Origin: a virus
Taxonomy: Duplodnaviria > Caudoviricetes
DNA: 62,070 nt
IMG/VR virus record: IMGVR_UViG_3300020183_000077
Location: 1-62,070 of that record
Reading direction: 5' to 3' (one strand)
The translations under genes and the position numbers were made by a program. This document shows positions 1 to 9,705 of this stretch, in pieces. How positions within the stretch are numbered: the stretch's first letter is position 1; the number at the start of each line of letters is the position of its first letter. The notes under the pieces are model-generated. The model was not told where the DNA came from. It did not search any database and was given only the letters and a program-made list of their open reading frames with translations.

Positions 1-122
1 CTCCAAAACTAGAGTACCGTAAGTGGTATTCGGAAACACATGCTCCATCTCATCCACCAAATAAGTATCGTGGTATTTCCTATCGTCCATGTAACAATTG
101 GAACTGGGAGGAAAAGAAATGA
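1..122 (+). CDS. partial small protein, DUF4278-like (YRG motif)
   Basis: Manual translation ...HPPNKYRGISYRPCNNWNWEEKK*; 5' truncated. Confidence 0.5.
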   Translation, partial: PKLEYRKWYSETHAPSHPPNKYRGISYRPCNNWNWEEKK

Positions 123-217
123 AAAAACTTAACTTCCTGCAATTGATTAAGGAACAAAAGCAAAAAGAGGAGCGTCGTTATCAAGCTCAATTAGTTCATT
201 TAGTTGGAGCAAAGTGA
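119..217 (+). CDS. small hypothetical protein (32 aa)
   Basis: MKKLNFLQLIKEQKQKEERRYQAQLVHLVGAK; ATGA overlap with upstream ORF. Confidence 0.45.
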   Translation: MKKLNFLQLIKEQKQKEERRYQAQLVHLVGAK

Positions 218-313
218 TGGTTTGTCAAATTATTATAACTTCAACTGCTGTGATTGCTTTAACTACAATGCTATTTTCAGCATATATTCAGTGGATTTAT
301 AAATGATTTTCTA

Positions 314-349
314 AGGAGGGTTGATCCCCTCCTTTTTTTGTGGTAAAAT
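314..349 (+). terminator. intrinsic terminator overlapping a sigma70-like promoter
   Basis: AGGAGGG-ttgatc-CCCTCCT + T-run; TTGATC-17nt-TAAAAT (321-349). Confidence 0.65.
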
Positions 350-370
350 CTTATTGGAGAAAATTATTTT

Positions 371-544
371 ATGGATAAAGATAAACTTAAATTAATTATC
401 CGTAACCTTGAATTATTAGTTGATTCTTTAAAGGTAGAAGTATATTCTGATACTCAAAGTTATTTGAATACGGACAAAATTAAACAAACACTTCAATACG
501 ATTACGACGAAATTTTTGAGGATGACGATGGTTATGCAGACTAA
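371..544 (+). CDS. small hypothetical protein (57 aa)
   Basis: Manual translation MDKDKLKLIIRNLELLVDSLKVEVYSD...DDDGYAD. Confidence 0.7.
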   Translation: MDKDKLKLIIRNLELLVDSLKVEVYSDTQSYLNTDKIKQTLQYDYDEIFEDDDGYAD

Positions 545-1256
545 ACCTATTGTTAAATTGATTTCTGTTACTCAGGGTGCAGGAGAACTTGCAGGTAAAT
601 CTGCACAAGAAGTGATTACATATACTGCTCGTGTAAGTAATCCAAATAACCAACTTAAGTTTGATACTGCTGCAGGACTTCTTCGGTATTGTATTAAACA
701 AAACCATTGGTCTATCTTTGAACAAGCAGATATGACCCTTGAGATTAACACCACTAGAGGACTGGCAGCTCAAGTGCTTCGTCATAGGTCCTTCGTATTT
801 CAAGAATTTTCACAACGATATGCTGACACAAAACTTCTGACTGAACTTCCTGAGGTTCCTGAACTTCGTAGACAGGATGAAAAGAACCGTCAGAACTCAA
901 CTAATGATTTGGATGAGCACACCAGAGAAAAGTTTGAGGGAATGATTGAGCAGCACTTTGAAGAGGCACAACGTCTCTATGACAAAATGCTTGAGAAGGG
1001 TGTGGCAAAGGAATGTGCAAGGTTTGTGCTCCCATTGGCAACTCCAACAAGAATTTACATGAAGGGCTCTGTGAGGTCATGGATACATTATATTGATCTT
1101 AGGTCTGCTCACGGCACTCAGAAGGAGCATATGGACATTGCAGAGGCAGCACGGTGCGTCTTTATCTGCCAGTTCCCCGATATTGCTAAAGCACTTGGAT
1201 GGGAACCAGAGAATTGCCCAGAATGCTCTGATGCTCCCTCTGTCTGTATAGAATAA
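534..1256 (+). CDS. thyX: FAD-dependent thymidylate synthase ThyX
   Basis: RHRSFVFQEFSQRY ThyX signature; HWSIFEQ; start chosen at MQTKP. Confidence 0.95.
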   Translation: MQTKPIVKLISVTQGAGELAGKSAQEVITYTARVSNPNNQLKFDTAAGLLRYCIKQNHWSIFEQADMTLEINTTRGLAAQVLRHRSFVFQEFSQRYADTKLLTELPEVPELRRQDEKNRQNSTNDLDEHTREKFEGMIEQHFEEAQRLYDKMLEKGVAKECARFVLPLATPTRIYMKGSVRSWIHYIDLRSAHGTQKEHMDIAEAARCVFICQFPDIAKALGWEPENCPECSDAPSVCIE

Positions 1257-1282
1257 ATACAAATATCGTGATTTCATAACTT

Positions 1283-1531
1283 ATGGCAACATACCCTGTT
1301 ATTCATAAAGATACTGGTGAGCAAAAAGAAGTGACTATGAGTGTTCACGAATGGGACCAGTGGAAAAAAGAAAACCCAGATTGGGATAGAGATTGGTCTG
1401 ACCCATCAACTTGCCCTGGAAGTGGTGAAGTTGGTGAATGGAAAGACAAACTTACAAAATCAAAACCAGGATGGAATGAAGTTCTTCAAAGAGCTTCTAA
1501 GATGCCTGGTGCTAGTGTGGGAAAGATTTAA
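1283..1531 (+). CDS. conserved cyanophage protein (FmdB-like N-terminus)
   Basis: MATYPV..TGE pattern; late promoter ATAAATA at 1253. Confidence 0.65.
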   Translation: MATYPVIHKDTGEQKEVTMSVHEWDQWKKENPDWDRDWSDPSTCPGSGEVGEWKDKLTKSKPGWNEVLQRASKMPGASVGKI

Positions 1532-2292
1532 TGTCAAGAAAAAGAAGGAATTCTGACCAACCAATCGGAGTTGGCATGACTGCAAAGCAAATGAGAAGGA
1601 AGAGACCTCTCAATTCTGATTTGCTAATTGATATTGAACCATTAACAGATAATCAAAAAAAATTATTTGAATCATATTCAAAAGGAAGACATCTAGTTGC
1701 TTATGGTGTTGCTGGAACAGGTAAGACATTTATTACTCTATACAATGCTTTAAAAGAAGTTCTAAATGAGATTACTCCATACGAGCAAATTTATATTGTT
1801 CGTTCACTAGTTGCCACTCGTGAGATTGGATTCCTTCCAGGAGACCATGAAGATAAGTCTAGTCTTTATCAGATTCCTTATAAGAACATGGTAAAGTATA
1901 TGTTCCAACTTCCAACTGAAACTGACTTTGAAATGCTTTATGGAAACTTAAAGCAACAGGAAACTATTAAGTTCTGGAGTACATCATTTGTTCGTGGTAC
2001 AACTCTCGATAATTCTATTATTATTGTTGATGAATTTCAAAATATGAATTTTCACGAGTTGGATTCTATTATTACTCGTGTTGGTGAAGATTCCAAGATT
2101 ATGTTCTGTGGGGACGCATCTCAATCTGACCTAACAAAGTCAAATGAAAGAAATGGAATTAGTGACTTCATGGATATCTTGAGAAAAATGCCATCTTTTG
2201 ATATAATTGAGTTTGGTATTGATGATATTGTTCGTTCTGGACTTGTTAAAGAATACTTAATTGCAAAAATGGAATCTGGATTGAATGTCTAA
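1531..2292 (+). CDS. phoH: PhoH-family ATPase
   Basis: GVAGTGKT Walker A, IGFLPG, RGTT, IIVDEFQN, GDASQSD. Confidence 0.95.
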   Translation: MSRKRRNSDQPIGVGMTAKQMRRKRPLNSDLLIDIEPLTDNQKKLFESYSKGRHLVAYGVAGTGKTFITLYNALKEVLNEITPYEQIYIVRSLVATREIGFLPGDHEDKSSLYQIPYKNMVKYMFQLPTETDFEMLYGNLKQQETIKFWSTSFVRGTTLDNSIIIVDEFQNMNFHELDSIITRVGEDSKIMFCGDASQSDLTKSNERNGISDFMDILRKMPSFDIIEFGIDDIVRSGLVKEYLIAKMESGLNV

Positions 2293-2980
2293 TATATTAA
2301 CCCATGAAGAAAGATTTAAACATATAGATTTGAATCTTCCCAAACTTGAAAGAGAAACTATAGATGGGGTTCGATACTATAAAATCCCAACAGAAGAAGA
2401 ACTTTTGAGATTTGTTTCTATTACCTCTGTTACTACTCACAAAAACCGTCAATTTTTTGCTGACTGGAGAAAAAAAGTAGGAGAAGCAGAGGCAGATAAA
2501 ATTACACGACAAGCAACAAGTCGTGGAACTGATATGCATAGTTTGGTTGAGAACTATCTTTATAACATTCCAGAGCTTCCCGAAGTTCAACCATTATCAC
2601 AAATCTTATTTAAAGTTGCAAAACCAGAGTTGAATAAGATAAATAATATTCATGCTTTAGAAAGTTCACTTTACAGTAAAGTTCTTGGTGTTGCTGGTAC
2701 TGTAGATTGTATAGCAGAATATAATGGTGAATTGGCAGTTATAGATTTTAAAACTTCTAAAAAACCCAAACCAGTTGAATGGATTGAACACTATTTTGTA
2801 CAAGCAGTTGCATATGCATGTATGCTTTACGAAATGACTGGCATTTCAGTCAAAAAACTTGTAATTTTAATGGCATGTGAAAACGGAGAATGCGTTGTCT
2901 ATGAAGAATATGATAAACAAAAATATATTAAGTTGCTCATCAAATACATTAGAGAGTTTGTTAACAGTAAACTTAATTAA
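2285..2980 (+). CDS. PD-(D/E)xK exonuclease
   Basis: SITSV, RGTDMH, AGTVDC, IDFKTS, QAVAY motifs. Confidence 0.88.
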   Translation: MSNILTHEERFKHIDLNLPKLERETIDGVRYYKIPTEEELLRFVSITSVTTHKNRQFFADWRKKVGEAEADKITRQATSRGTDMHSLVENYLYNIPELPEVQPLSQILFKVAKPELNKINNIHALESSLYSKVLGVAGTVDCIAEYNGELAVIDFKTSKKPKPVEWIEHYFVQAVAYACMLYEMTGISVKKLVILMACENGECVVYEEYDKQKYIKLLIKYIREFVNSKLN

Positions 2981-2981
2981 C

Positions 2982-3236
2982 ATGGAAAACAACATTAAAG
3001 ATGTCCTTAAAGATAAGTTTCTATGTCCACAAAAGTTTGCTCAAGATATTGAACATATCGTAAAAATTTCTAAGATTAGTTACATCGATGCAATAGTAAG
3101 TTATTGCGAAGACAATTCTATTGAAATAGAAACAGTCCCAAAACTAATTCCAAAACCACTTAAGGAGAAACTTAAGTGTGAAGCAACTAAATTAAATTTC
3201 CTTAAAAAGACGAGTAGGGCAACTTTGAATTTTTAA
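2982..3236 (+). CDS. gp33: late transcription co-activator gp33
   Basis: YIDAIVSYCE..IE.E...KLI..PLKEKL..EA..LNFL; position before gp59. Confidence 0.85.
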   Translation: MENNIKDVLKDKFLCPQKFAQDIEHIVKISKISYIDAIVSYCEDNSIEIETVPKLIPKPLKEKLKCEATKLNFLKKTSRATLNF

Positions 3237-3239
3237 ATT

Positions 3240-3830
3240 GTGACACCCTTTGATGTATATAAAACTTATTTGTCAATAAAGAATCATTTCACAAAAGAAA
3301 AGTACGATTACTTTAAATATTGTGGAAGATCTAGAGCAAGTTTAGAGTCCTTTCATAAGAGAAAGGACAGATACTTTTTTGAAAAATTATCTCGTCAAAA
3401 AACAGACGAAGAAATAAAAGCATATTTTGTTGCTAGTTTTATTGAATGTACTGATCCCCAGTCATTATGGATTGGAGAAATTATATCAAATGGGGAAAGA
3501 AATTATGTCGAGTGGGCAAAAAGATATCAAAGTCTCAGTTATATGTTTAAAACTGAGAGTGAAGTCTTTATAAACAAAGATAATTTCAATTCCCTATTTG
3601 AATGCAAACCAAATAAACACCCTGAGATATTGAAGAAATATTTCCAAAAAGCAATTACTCTTGAAACGATGGTAATATTGGATTGCATCTTGGGATATGT
3701 TTCTAAGTTTGATAAAAAGGTTACTGACCCAGTATGGGAAACCGTAAGTTTTAAGATAAAAAAATATAGACCGTTCCTAAATATTGATGAGTCAAAATTC
3801 AAAAACATTTTAAAGGAGATAGTATTATGA
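3240..3830 (+). CDS. gp59: helicase loader gp59
   Basis: YLSIKNHF...YDYFKY.G; RKDRYFFEKLS; synteny 33-59-32. Confidence 0.9.
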   Translation: MTPFDVYKTYLSIKNHFTKEKYDYFKYCGRSRASLESFHKRKDRYFFEKLSRQKTDEEIKAYFVASFIECTDPQSLWIGEIISNGERNYVEWAKRYQSLSYMFKTESEVFINKDNFNSLFECKPNKHPEILKKYFQKAITLETMVILDCILGYVSKFDKKVTDPVWETVSFKIKKYRPFLNIDESKFKNILKEIVL

Positions 3831-4159
3831 GTAGATTTTTTGATTCAGATATGGTCAGAAAATCTGTAGTGGAGTTAGAAGAAATTCAGCAAAAACTTTT
3901 TGAACAGGTTCTGCAACTTTCTATCTATGATAATCAAGGTAAAAAAGAACATCTTGATTTGATGAGAGAATTTCTAGAAAAACAAAAACTTTTTATCTTT
4001 AGACTATCTCTCTCAGATGACCTAGAAGCAATTGAATTGAAAAATAGAATTATTGATTCTGCCAAGATGTTTGGATTGGCAGAGGATGGAACTGTTGATG
4101 ACTTCTTTAAAATTCTTGAGTCTACTATTGAGTCTCTTGAGAAAACCCTTGACGACTGA
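3827..4159 (+). CDS. DUF1825-like hypothetical protein
   Basis: FFDSDMVR...LEKQKLFIFRLSLSDD pattern. Confidence 0.65.
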   Translation: MSRFFDSDMVRKSVVELEEIQQKLFEQVLQLSIYDNQGKKEHLDLMREFLEKQKLFIFRLSLSDDLEAIELKNRIIDSAKMFGLAEDGTVDDFFKILESTIESLEKTLDD

Positions 4160-4177
4160 CTCAAATCTTGGTATACT
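4149..4177 (+). promoter_or_regulatory. sigma70-type promoter of gene 32
   Basis: TTGACG-17nt-TATACT with extended TG. Confidence 0.7.
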
Positions 4178-4231
4178 TAATACGTACCAATACGGCACAC
4201 ACTTCTAATACAATTAATACGGAGAATACGA

Positions 4232-5161
4232 ATGTCCTTTGCTGATCTTAAAAAACAATCTAAAATGGGTTCTCTTACCGAGAAACTCATCAAACAAGTT
4301 GAGAAACTCAACGAATCTGGTTCCAAAGATGATGACCGTTTTTGGAAACCTGTTATGGATAAGAGCGGTGTAGGTTCCGCAGTTATCCGTTTCCTCCCTG
4401 CCCCCGAAGGTTGTGAACTGCCTTGGGCACAAGTATGGTCTCACGCATTCCAAGGTCCTGGTGGTTGGTTGATTGACAACTGCCTCACCACTCTTGGTCA
4501 GCAATGTCCTGTTTGTGAAAAGAACCGTGTTCTCTGGAACTCTGGATCTGATCGTGATAAGGAAGAAGCACGTAAGCAAAAACGTAAGCTTTCATATTAC
4601 GCAAACATTTATGTCGTTCGTGACCCTGCCAATCCTGATAATGAAGGCAAAGTCTTCCTCTATAAGTTTGGTAAGAAAATTTATGACAAGATTCTTGCAG
4701 CAATGCAACCTGAGTTTGAAGATGAAACTCCCATCAATCCTTTTGATTTCTGGACTGGTGCCAACTTCAAACTGAAACTCGTCAAGAAAGATGGTTATTG
4801 GAACTATGATAAGTCCGAGTTTGCATCTCCTGCTCCTCTTCTTGATGGTGATGACGATGAACTTGAGCGTATCTACAAGTCTCTGAATAACCTGAATGAC
4901 TTCACTGACCCTAAAGAATTCAAGTCTTATGATGACCTGAAAAAGCGTCTTGAGTACACTCTTGGTCTCCGTGGAGTCCCTAAAAATCAAGACCCTGAAG
5001 TTGTTGCTGAAGAGGAAGAGTGGGAAAGTGAACGTCGTGGTGAAACAACTTCAACCTCTCGTTCGTCCACTTTTGAAGATGTAACTTCGTCCTCATCTAA
5101 GTATGAAGAAGATGAAGATGATGATGCTTTGAGTTACTTCCAGAAACTAGCAGAATCCTGA
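4232..5161 (+). CDS. gp32: single-stranded DNA-binding protein gp32
   Basis: DDRFWKP, IRFLP, H...NC.TT....CPVC zinc site, acidic tail LSYFQKLA. Confidence 0.97.
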   Translation: MSFADLKKQSKMGSLTEKLIKQVEKLNESGSKDDDRFWKPVMDKSGVGSAVIRFLPAPEGCELPWAQVWSHAFQGPGGWLIDNCLTTLGQQCPVCEKNRVLWNSGSDRDKEEARKQKRKLSYYANIYVVRDPANPDNEGKVFLYKFGKKIYDKILAAMQPEFEDETPINPFDFWTGANFKLKLVKKDGYWNYDKSEFASPAPLLDGDDDELERIYKSLNNLNDFTDPKEFKSYDDLKKRLEYTLGLRGVPKNQDPEVVAEEEEWESERRGETTSTSRSSTFEDVTSSSSKYEEDEDDDALSYFQKLAES

Positions 5162-5184
5162 TTGAGTCTTTAAATTTCAAAAAC

Positions 5185-5260
5185 GACCTTTAAATTAAAA
5201 AAAGGGTCAAAAAAATTTCCCGCAAATTTTTTCTTCGTGAGGGTTTGCGGGATTTTTTTT
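5185..5260. terminator. terminator hairpins between convergent genes
   Basis: GACCTTT..AAGGGTC followed by A-run; CCCGCAAA..TTTGCGGG followed by T-run. Confidence 0.6.
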
Positions 5261-5549
5261 ATTTATTATTTCTTGGGTTATATACTCTCTTAGTATTTGA
5301 ATTTATGTATTGTGATGATCTATCATATTTCATCATGTTCTTCATGTCATAAGTGACTGAGCCAATATATTCTGGTCTTAATACAAGTATTGTTCTTTTC
5401 TTTTCATTCTCTTTTACTTCGAATTCGTAATTTGTTACAGAAGTAACCACATTTTTAACAGTTTGTATTGCACCATTAGTATCAAGATACTCTAGTATCT
5501 GACTATCAGACTCAATAAAAACTTTCATTCCAGGATAGGGAAATTTCAT
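5259..5549 (-). CDS. gp53: baseplate wedge gp53, C-terminal part (split)
   Basis: VTNYEFE..ENEKKRTILVLRPEY is the usual gp53 C-terminus; ATGA overlap with upstream ORF. Confidence 0.7.
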   Translation of the reverse strand: MKFPYPGMKVFIESDSQILEYLDTNGAIQTVKNVVTSVTNYEFEVKENEKKRTILVLRPEYIGSVTYDMKNMMKYDRSSQYINSNTKRVYNPRNNK

Positions 5550-6394
5550 ACTGGTAATTCGTTAGTAAATTTGAAGGTTGGTTGTAGAACACCATTGATT
5601 AGAGTTCCAGTGATTTCATAAAGTCTTTCTGGTATTCTTATTTTTGTATCTGTTATAGCATCAGTTAATTTTATTTCGACTTCATTTCCATTTCTTTGTT
5701 TTATTTTTAAGATTCCACCCCAACTATAAGGCCAATCCGCTAAACTATTTAATATAGTTACATCACCAAATCCATTCGATGTTTTGGATTTTATCTTTAA
5801 AAATGAAACGTTTGTCCGAATATCGGTGACTAGATATTCACTAGATCTAATATCTTTTCCGTAAATCGTAAGTTTTTGGCAAAGATTAATAGTGATGACA
5901 GTATTACTCTTTCCACTTGGAAATGAATTTAAGAGATATTCATTTGAAGTTTCATTTGTTTGTATTACTTCAGATTTTGCAGGATCTATCCGTAATCCAC
6001 CTTCAATAATAATTCTTCCATATTCGTCTTTATATTCCACAGTTTCATAATGATGAATTTTCTTCAATTCCTCATCAGATCCATACTTCTGGAGCATATA
6101 TTTGTATAATGAGTCATTATCTAATGGCCACTCATTATTCACATTTTTGATATTATTCGTAAGTAGCAAAATCCAGTCTAATTGTGGGTCATTATATAGT
6201 TTTTGTGCAATTTGTTCTGGTCTTTCGTTATCTTGTATTTGATAATAAGTGAACGCAGTTGAAAATTCTGCAACATCACTTCTTAATTTTGCTCTTCTAA
6301 AGAAATTTTTAGCAGTTGTGTACTCATCAATGTAATTTCTTACACTGAATGGTGATGGATATTCTAAATTTGGAAGTTCTCTAAAGTATGCCAT
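5546..6394 (-). CDS. gp53: baseplate wedge gp53, N-terminal part
   Basis: YFRELPNLEY, ERPEQIAQKLY..PQLDWILLLTNNI, EWPL, IHHYET. Confidence 0.88.
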   Translation of the reverse strand: MAYFRELPNLEYPSPFSVRNYIDEYTTAKNFFRRAKLRSDVAEFSTAFTYYQIQDNERPEQIAQKLYNDPQLDWILLLTNNIKNVNNEWPLDNDSLYKYMLQKYGSDEELKKIHHYETVEYKDEYGRIIIEGGLRIDPAKSEVIQTNETSNEYLLNSFPSGKSNTVITINLCQKLTIYGKDIRSSEYLVTDIRTNVSFLKIKSKTSNGFGDVTILNSLADWPYSWGGILKIKQRNGNEVEIKLTDAITDTKIRIPERLYEITGTLINGVLQPTFKFTNELPV

Positions 6395-6395
6395 A

Positions 6396-7916
6396 TTAGT
6401 AACCTACGTCGTCTGCTCCGATTGGATCTAAATCTGGATAACCTTTTAACTTTTCAAATATTTCTGTTTGATAATCTGATTCAAATATTGGTTCCAATTC
6501 AGTAAATCCCATACCCAAATTTACGGATACTGGTTGTCCCTTATCATATGCAGACCACTGACCATCTGGGGTGTAATTTACCGCAAATCCAGTTAAAGCA
6601 CATAGTTTAAATCTGTTCATACCAGATATTGCTTTTCCATCGGCAGTAGTATAACGTAATTTAAATATATTTGGACTTCCTAGTAGTGCAGAGGAAGAAC
6701 CAGCACCAGATCCTGAATTTAGTTTTCTGGCTGCCATTCCTTGTTTAAATAACCTTATAATTCTTTTCACTGTTCTTGCTTCTCTTTCACTTCTTGGACT
6801 CATTCTCCAAGAGAATTCAAAACTTCTGAGTTTTGGTGAATTAAATAGCAATTCCATATTAGAGTTTGGTACAATACCAAATCCTCTTGATAATATAGTT
6901 TCTGGTGGAATATCTATATTTGCTGCTTTGAGAGAAAGCGACGCAGTTAGTGCCTGTACCTGTTTTAATACTGATGGATCTTTTAGGTCTGGTCCAATTC
7001 TATTTAATAAATCTAAGTAATATATCGCTTGAGACACATTTATGTTTTTTAGATTGGTCATCACGCTTGATATCAATGCTCCTGCAGCTGCTCCTGGTAA
7101 ATTACTAGAAGTCTGTGATAATATAGCAGCAGTAAGATTATTCATAGAATCTTCCTGCCAAGCAACTGCATTTGAATCTGAAGCATTATTTGGTATTGGA
7201 AGTATAACTGTTCCTATAGGTTTTTCTTTCCCGAATTTAGCACCAGACAATCTTTGCAATCCTTTTACTATAATGTCACCTGGTTTTCCATCAAATAAAT
7301 CAGTTCCGCTTGGAGCAGAGTAATTATACATTGTTATTCGAAGAGTATCTTGCTTACTTTCGAGAATATCACGAGGATAAACCAATAATTTTTCTGAGAT
7401 TACTGACTGGGTTCCAAATAAATCTTTTTCATTTACACTGGGGAAATCTAGTGGTTCATTGAATGATGGCAAAGAACCTGGGGGAGATGCAGCAAGTTGT
7501 CCACCAGGAACAGCAGTTGCAATTCCTGGATTTGTTCCTGGAAAAAAGTTATTAATTCCTGCAGTTCCTTTTGGATCTAATGCTGTTTTATTGAGTTTCA
7601 ATCCAGCATTTGCTCCACCACCTTTTGCATATGCAGCACCAACTTTTCTTCTTATGTCTTCACTGATTTGGTTTGCTAATGCTGTTGGTTTTCCATCTTT
7701 AAACAATTTTGGATCTCTCAGAGCATCACCATACCAACTTCCATTTTTATAAAATACTGCTAATCCAATTCCAATATCATAACTTCCACCTAAACCTTTC
7801 TGTTTAAGTTCATAATCACCAGTGTCTGGATCATACCTTAAACCAAATCCCAATGGAACTCCAAGAGGGGCAATTCCTGATACGTAATAGTTGTCCTTTA
7901 GTAACTTATATCCCAT
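6396..7916 (-). CDS. gp48: baseplate tail-tube cap gp48
   Basis: LPIP, NSNMELLF..P.LRSFEFSW..SPRS..EA, CAL...VNYTPDG, FTELEPI. Confidence 0.85.
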   Translation of the reverse strand: MGYKLLKDNYYVSGIAPLGVPLGFGLRYDPDTGDYELKQKGLGGSYDIGIGLAVFYKNGSWYGDALRDPKLFKDGKPTALANQISEDIRRKVGAAYAKGGGANAGLKLNKTALDPKGTAGINNFFPGTNPGIATAVPGGQLAASPPGSLPSFNEPLDFPSVNEKDLFGTQSVISEKLLVYPRDILESKQDTLRITMYNYSAPSGTDLFDGKPGDIIVKGLQRLSGAKFGKEKPIGTVILPIPNNASDSNAVAWQEDSMNNLTAAILSQTSSNLPGAAAGALISSVMTNLKNINVSQAIYYLDLLNRIGPDLKDPSVLKQVQALTASLSLKAANIDIPPETILSRGFGIVPNSNMELLFNSPKLRSFEFSWRMSPRSEREARTVKRIIRLFKQGMAARKLNSGSGAGSSSALLGSPNIFKLRYTTADGKAISGMNRFKLCALTGFAVNYTPDGQWSAYDKGQPVSVNLGMGFTELEPIFESDYQTEIFEKLKGYPDLDPIGADDVGY

Positions 7917-8413
7917 TAAGGTGCGTCCCAGACTCGGTATTTTGGTACGGATTGTCCGTTTTTATCGACGAATTGCTCTGTCGGTAATAATGAAACTCCA
8001 ACCCAATCATTTTTTGGGACTTTAAATAATTCACTCATTACACCAGAAAAAAGATATTTGTGAATAGTCTTTTTTGGTGCGTTAGAAATTCCTGTTTTAT
8101 TTAGGAGTGATTTAGCAAATCCCCCTCTATATTGTGGATTTAAGTAATGAAGATTGATTCCAACAAAACTTCCCTCTCTTGGATTTACATCCACAATGAA
8201 TGAAAGTGGATGCCTATCCCACCAAGGATATTTTTGTGGGTATTTTGCAGAATATAAGAAAAAAACTAAATCACCAGGAACTATAAAGTTAGTATCGATC
8301 TCATGTATATTTCTTTTTTGGTAATTCCTCAATTCATTCATTGTAGCATTTGTCCACCAATTGCTACTTCTGAATTTTTTTCCTGCTTGTTGTTTTATAT
8401 CGTCTGATATCAT
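7916..8413 (-). CDS. gp2: DNA end protector gp2-like
   Basis: FFLY.AKY....WWDRHPL, FVGINLHYL. Confidence 0.8.
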   Translation of the reverse strand: MISDDIKQQAGKKFRSSNWWTNATMNELRNYQKRNIHEIDTNFIVPGDLVFFLYSAKYPQKYPWWDRHPLSFIVDVNPREGSFVGINLHYLNPQYRGGFAKSLLNKTGISNAPKKTIHKYLFSGVMSELFKVPKNDWVGVSLLPTEQFVDKNGQSVPKYRVWDAP

Positions 8414-8877
8414 CGTACTGGTATTCCCAATTCTTTTTCTGTTAGGATTCTAAATTCGTACTTTCTATCCTCGCAAAATTCTCTTGCTGCTTTCCATTTT
8501 GCTTGATTAACTGCCCAAGTTTTAACTCTAAATGCCCAAGATTTTGTTCTTCTTTTCGGATTTTGCTCTGGCATTTTTAAATCTTTTTCTGGTTTTATCT
8601 CAACAACCAAGGTTCGATTGTTGCCATTTTTATCTTTATATTTCACAAAAAAGTCTGGAAAATAACGATGGACTTTATTATCTATTGGTGAAATATATGG
8701 TATAAAAAATTCTTCTGACCTCCATTCATTTACACTTTCGGTTAGGTCACAGTATTGCATAAACTTCAATTCATAAGAAGACCTATAAATTATTTTTGTT
8801 GGGTCTCCTTTGTATTTTTCTGGCTTTTGTGGTCTAAATTTTCCTTGTCTATATCCAGAATCATCCTTATGTGGCAT
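8410..8877 (-). CDS. gp4: head completion nuclease gp4
   Basis: P..PEKYKGD, YRSSYE, HRYFPDF, VEIKP, VNQAKWKAA. Confidence 0.92.
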   Translation of the reverse strand: MPHKDDSGYRQGKFRPQKPEKYKGDPTKIIYRSSYELKFMQYCDLTESVNEWRSEEFFIPYISPIDNKVHRYFPDFFVKYKDKNGNNRTLVVEIKPEKDLKMPEQNPKRRTKSWAFRVKTWAVNQAKWKAAREFCEDRKYEFRILTEKELGIPVR

Positions 8878-8909
8878 ACATAGTATAGGTATTTTTTAAA
8901 TATTTATAA

Positions 8910-9674
8910 ATGGCACAGGAGAACTCTGCAGGCAAGCCAGAGATAGGACCATTATATGTAAAAATGACTACTTCAAGAACTGATGGAGCAGTTGGACTTG
9001 CTGGTGCTAGAGATATTTTTGGTGCATTATCAATTACCAGTCAATTCAAAGTTGCTCTGCATCTAACTAATTCTGGTGATGATCCCCTAATGAAATGGTT
9101 AAATAAATCTGGTCTTACTAATGACATAGTACAAAATACTTATTATGATTTTTATTGTGCAGAAGCAGTAATTCCAGGAGCAACATTTGAAGTTGCAGAA
9201 GAAGCAGGAAGTCGTCAGGGAGTTATTGAAAGGATACCAACAAGAAGAGTTTATGCACCAGTAACTTTGACATTTTATGTTGATAATGATTATAAACTAA
9301 TTCGTTTATTTGAAGAGTGGATGAATTTTATTAATCCAATTTATGGTGAAAAAGGTGAATTTCAAGCATCAGATAATGGATTTGGAAATGCAAAAGATAG
9401 AAATAACTTTTTTAGAATGAGATATCCAGATGATTATAAAAGAACTATTAGTATTGTTAAGTTTGAAAGAAATTTTAGTCTCACTCCCGATCAAACAGGA
9501 GGACTATTAGGTAACGTTCCTAGTATTACTTATAGGATGATAGAAGCATTCCCAACAAATATTACAGCACTCCCAGTATCTTACGAGGGAAGTACTATTA
9601 CCAAAACCACAGTCGAATTTAGTTATTCAAGATATGTTTATGAAAAAAATCCTGGAACCAGAAACCTTCGATAA
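8910..9674 (+). CDS. gp54: baseplate tail-tube initiator (gp54/gp19-like)
   Basis: C..A.IPG, LTFYVD, FEEWMNFI, AFP..I; position in T4-like baseplate block. Confidence 0.7.
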   Translation: MAQENSAGKPEIGPLYVKMTTSRTDGAVGLAGARDIFGALSITSQFKVALHLTNSGDDPLMKWLNKSGLTNDIVQNTYYDFYCAEAVIPGATFEVAEEAGSRQGVIERIPTRRVYAPVTLTFYVDNDYKLIRLFEEWMNFINPIYGEKGEFQASDNGFGNAKDRNNFFRMRYPDDYKRTISIVKFERNFSLTPDQTGGLLGNVPSITYRMIEAFPTNITALPVSYEGSTITKTTVEFSYSRYVYEKNPGTRNLR

Positions 9675-9705
9675 ATAATTTTACTGAATGTTTTATTAGG
9701 ACATT

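Noticed and set aside
2285-2980. Exonuclease as a CRISPR Cas4
   Set aside because: Core T4-like cyanophage exonuclease position; lacks the four-Cys Fe-S cluster pattern and has no array nearby
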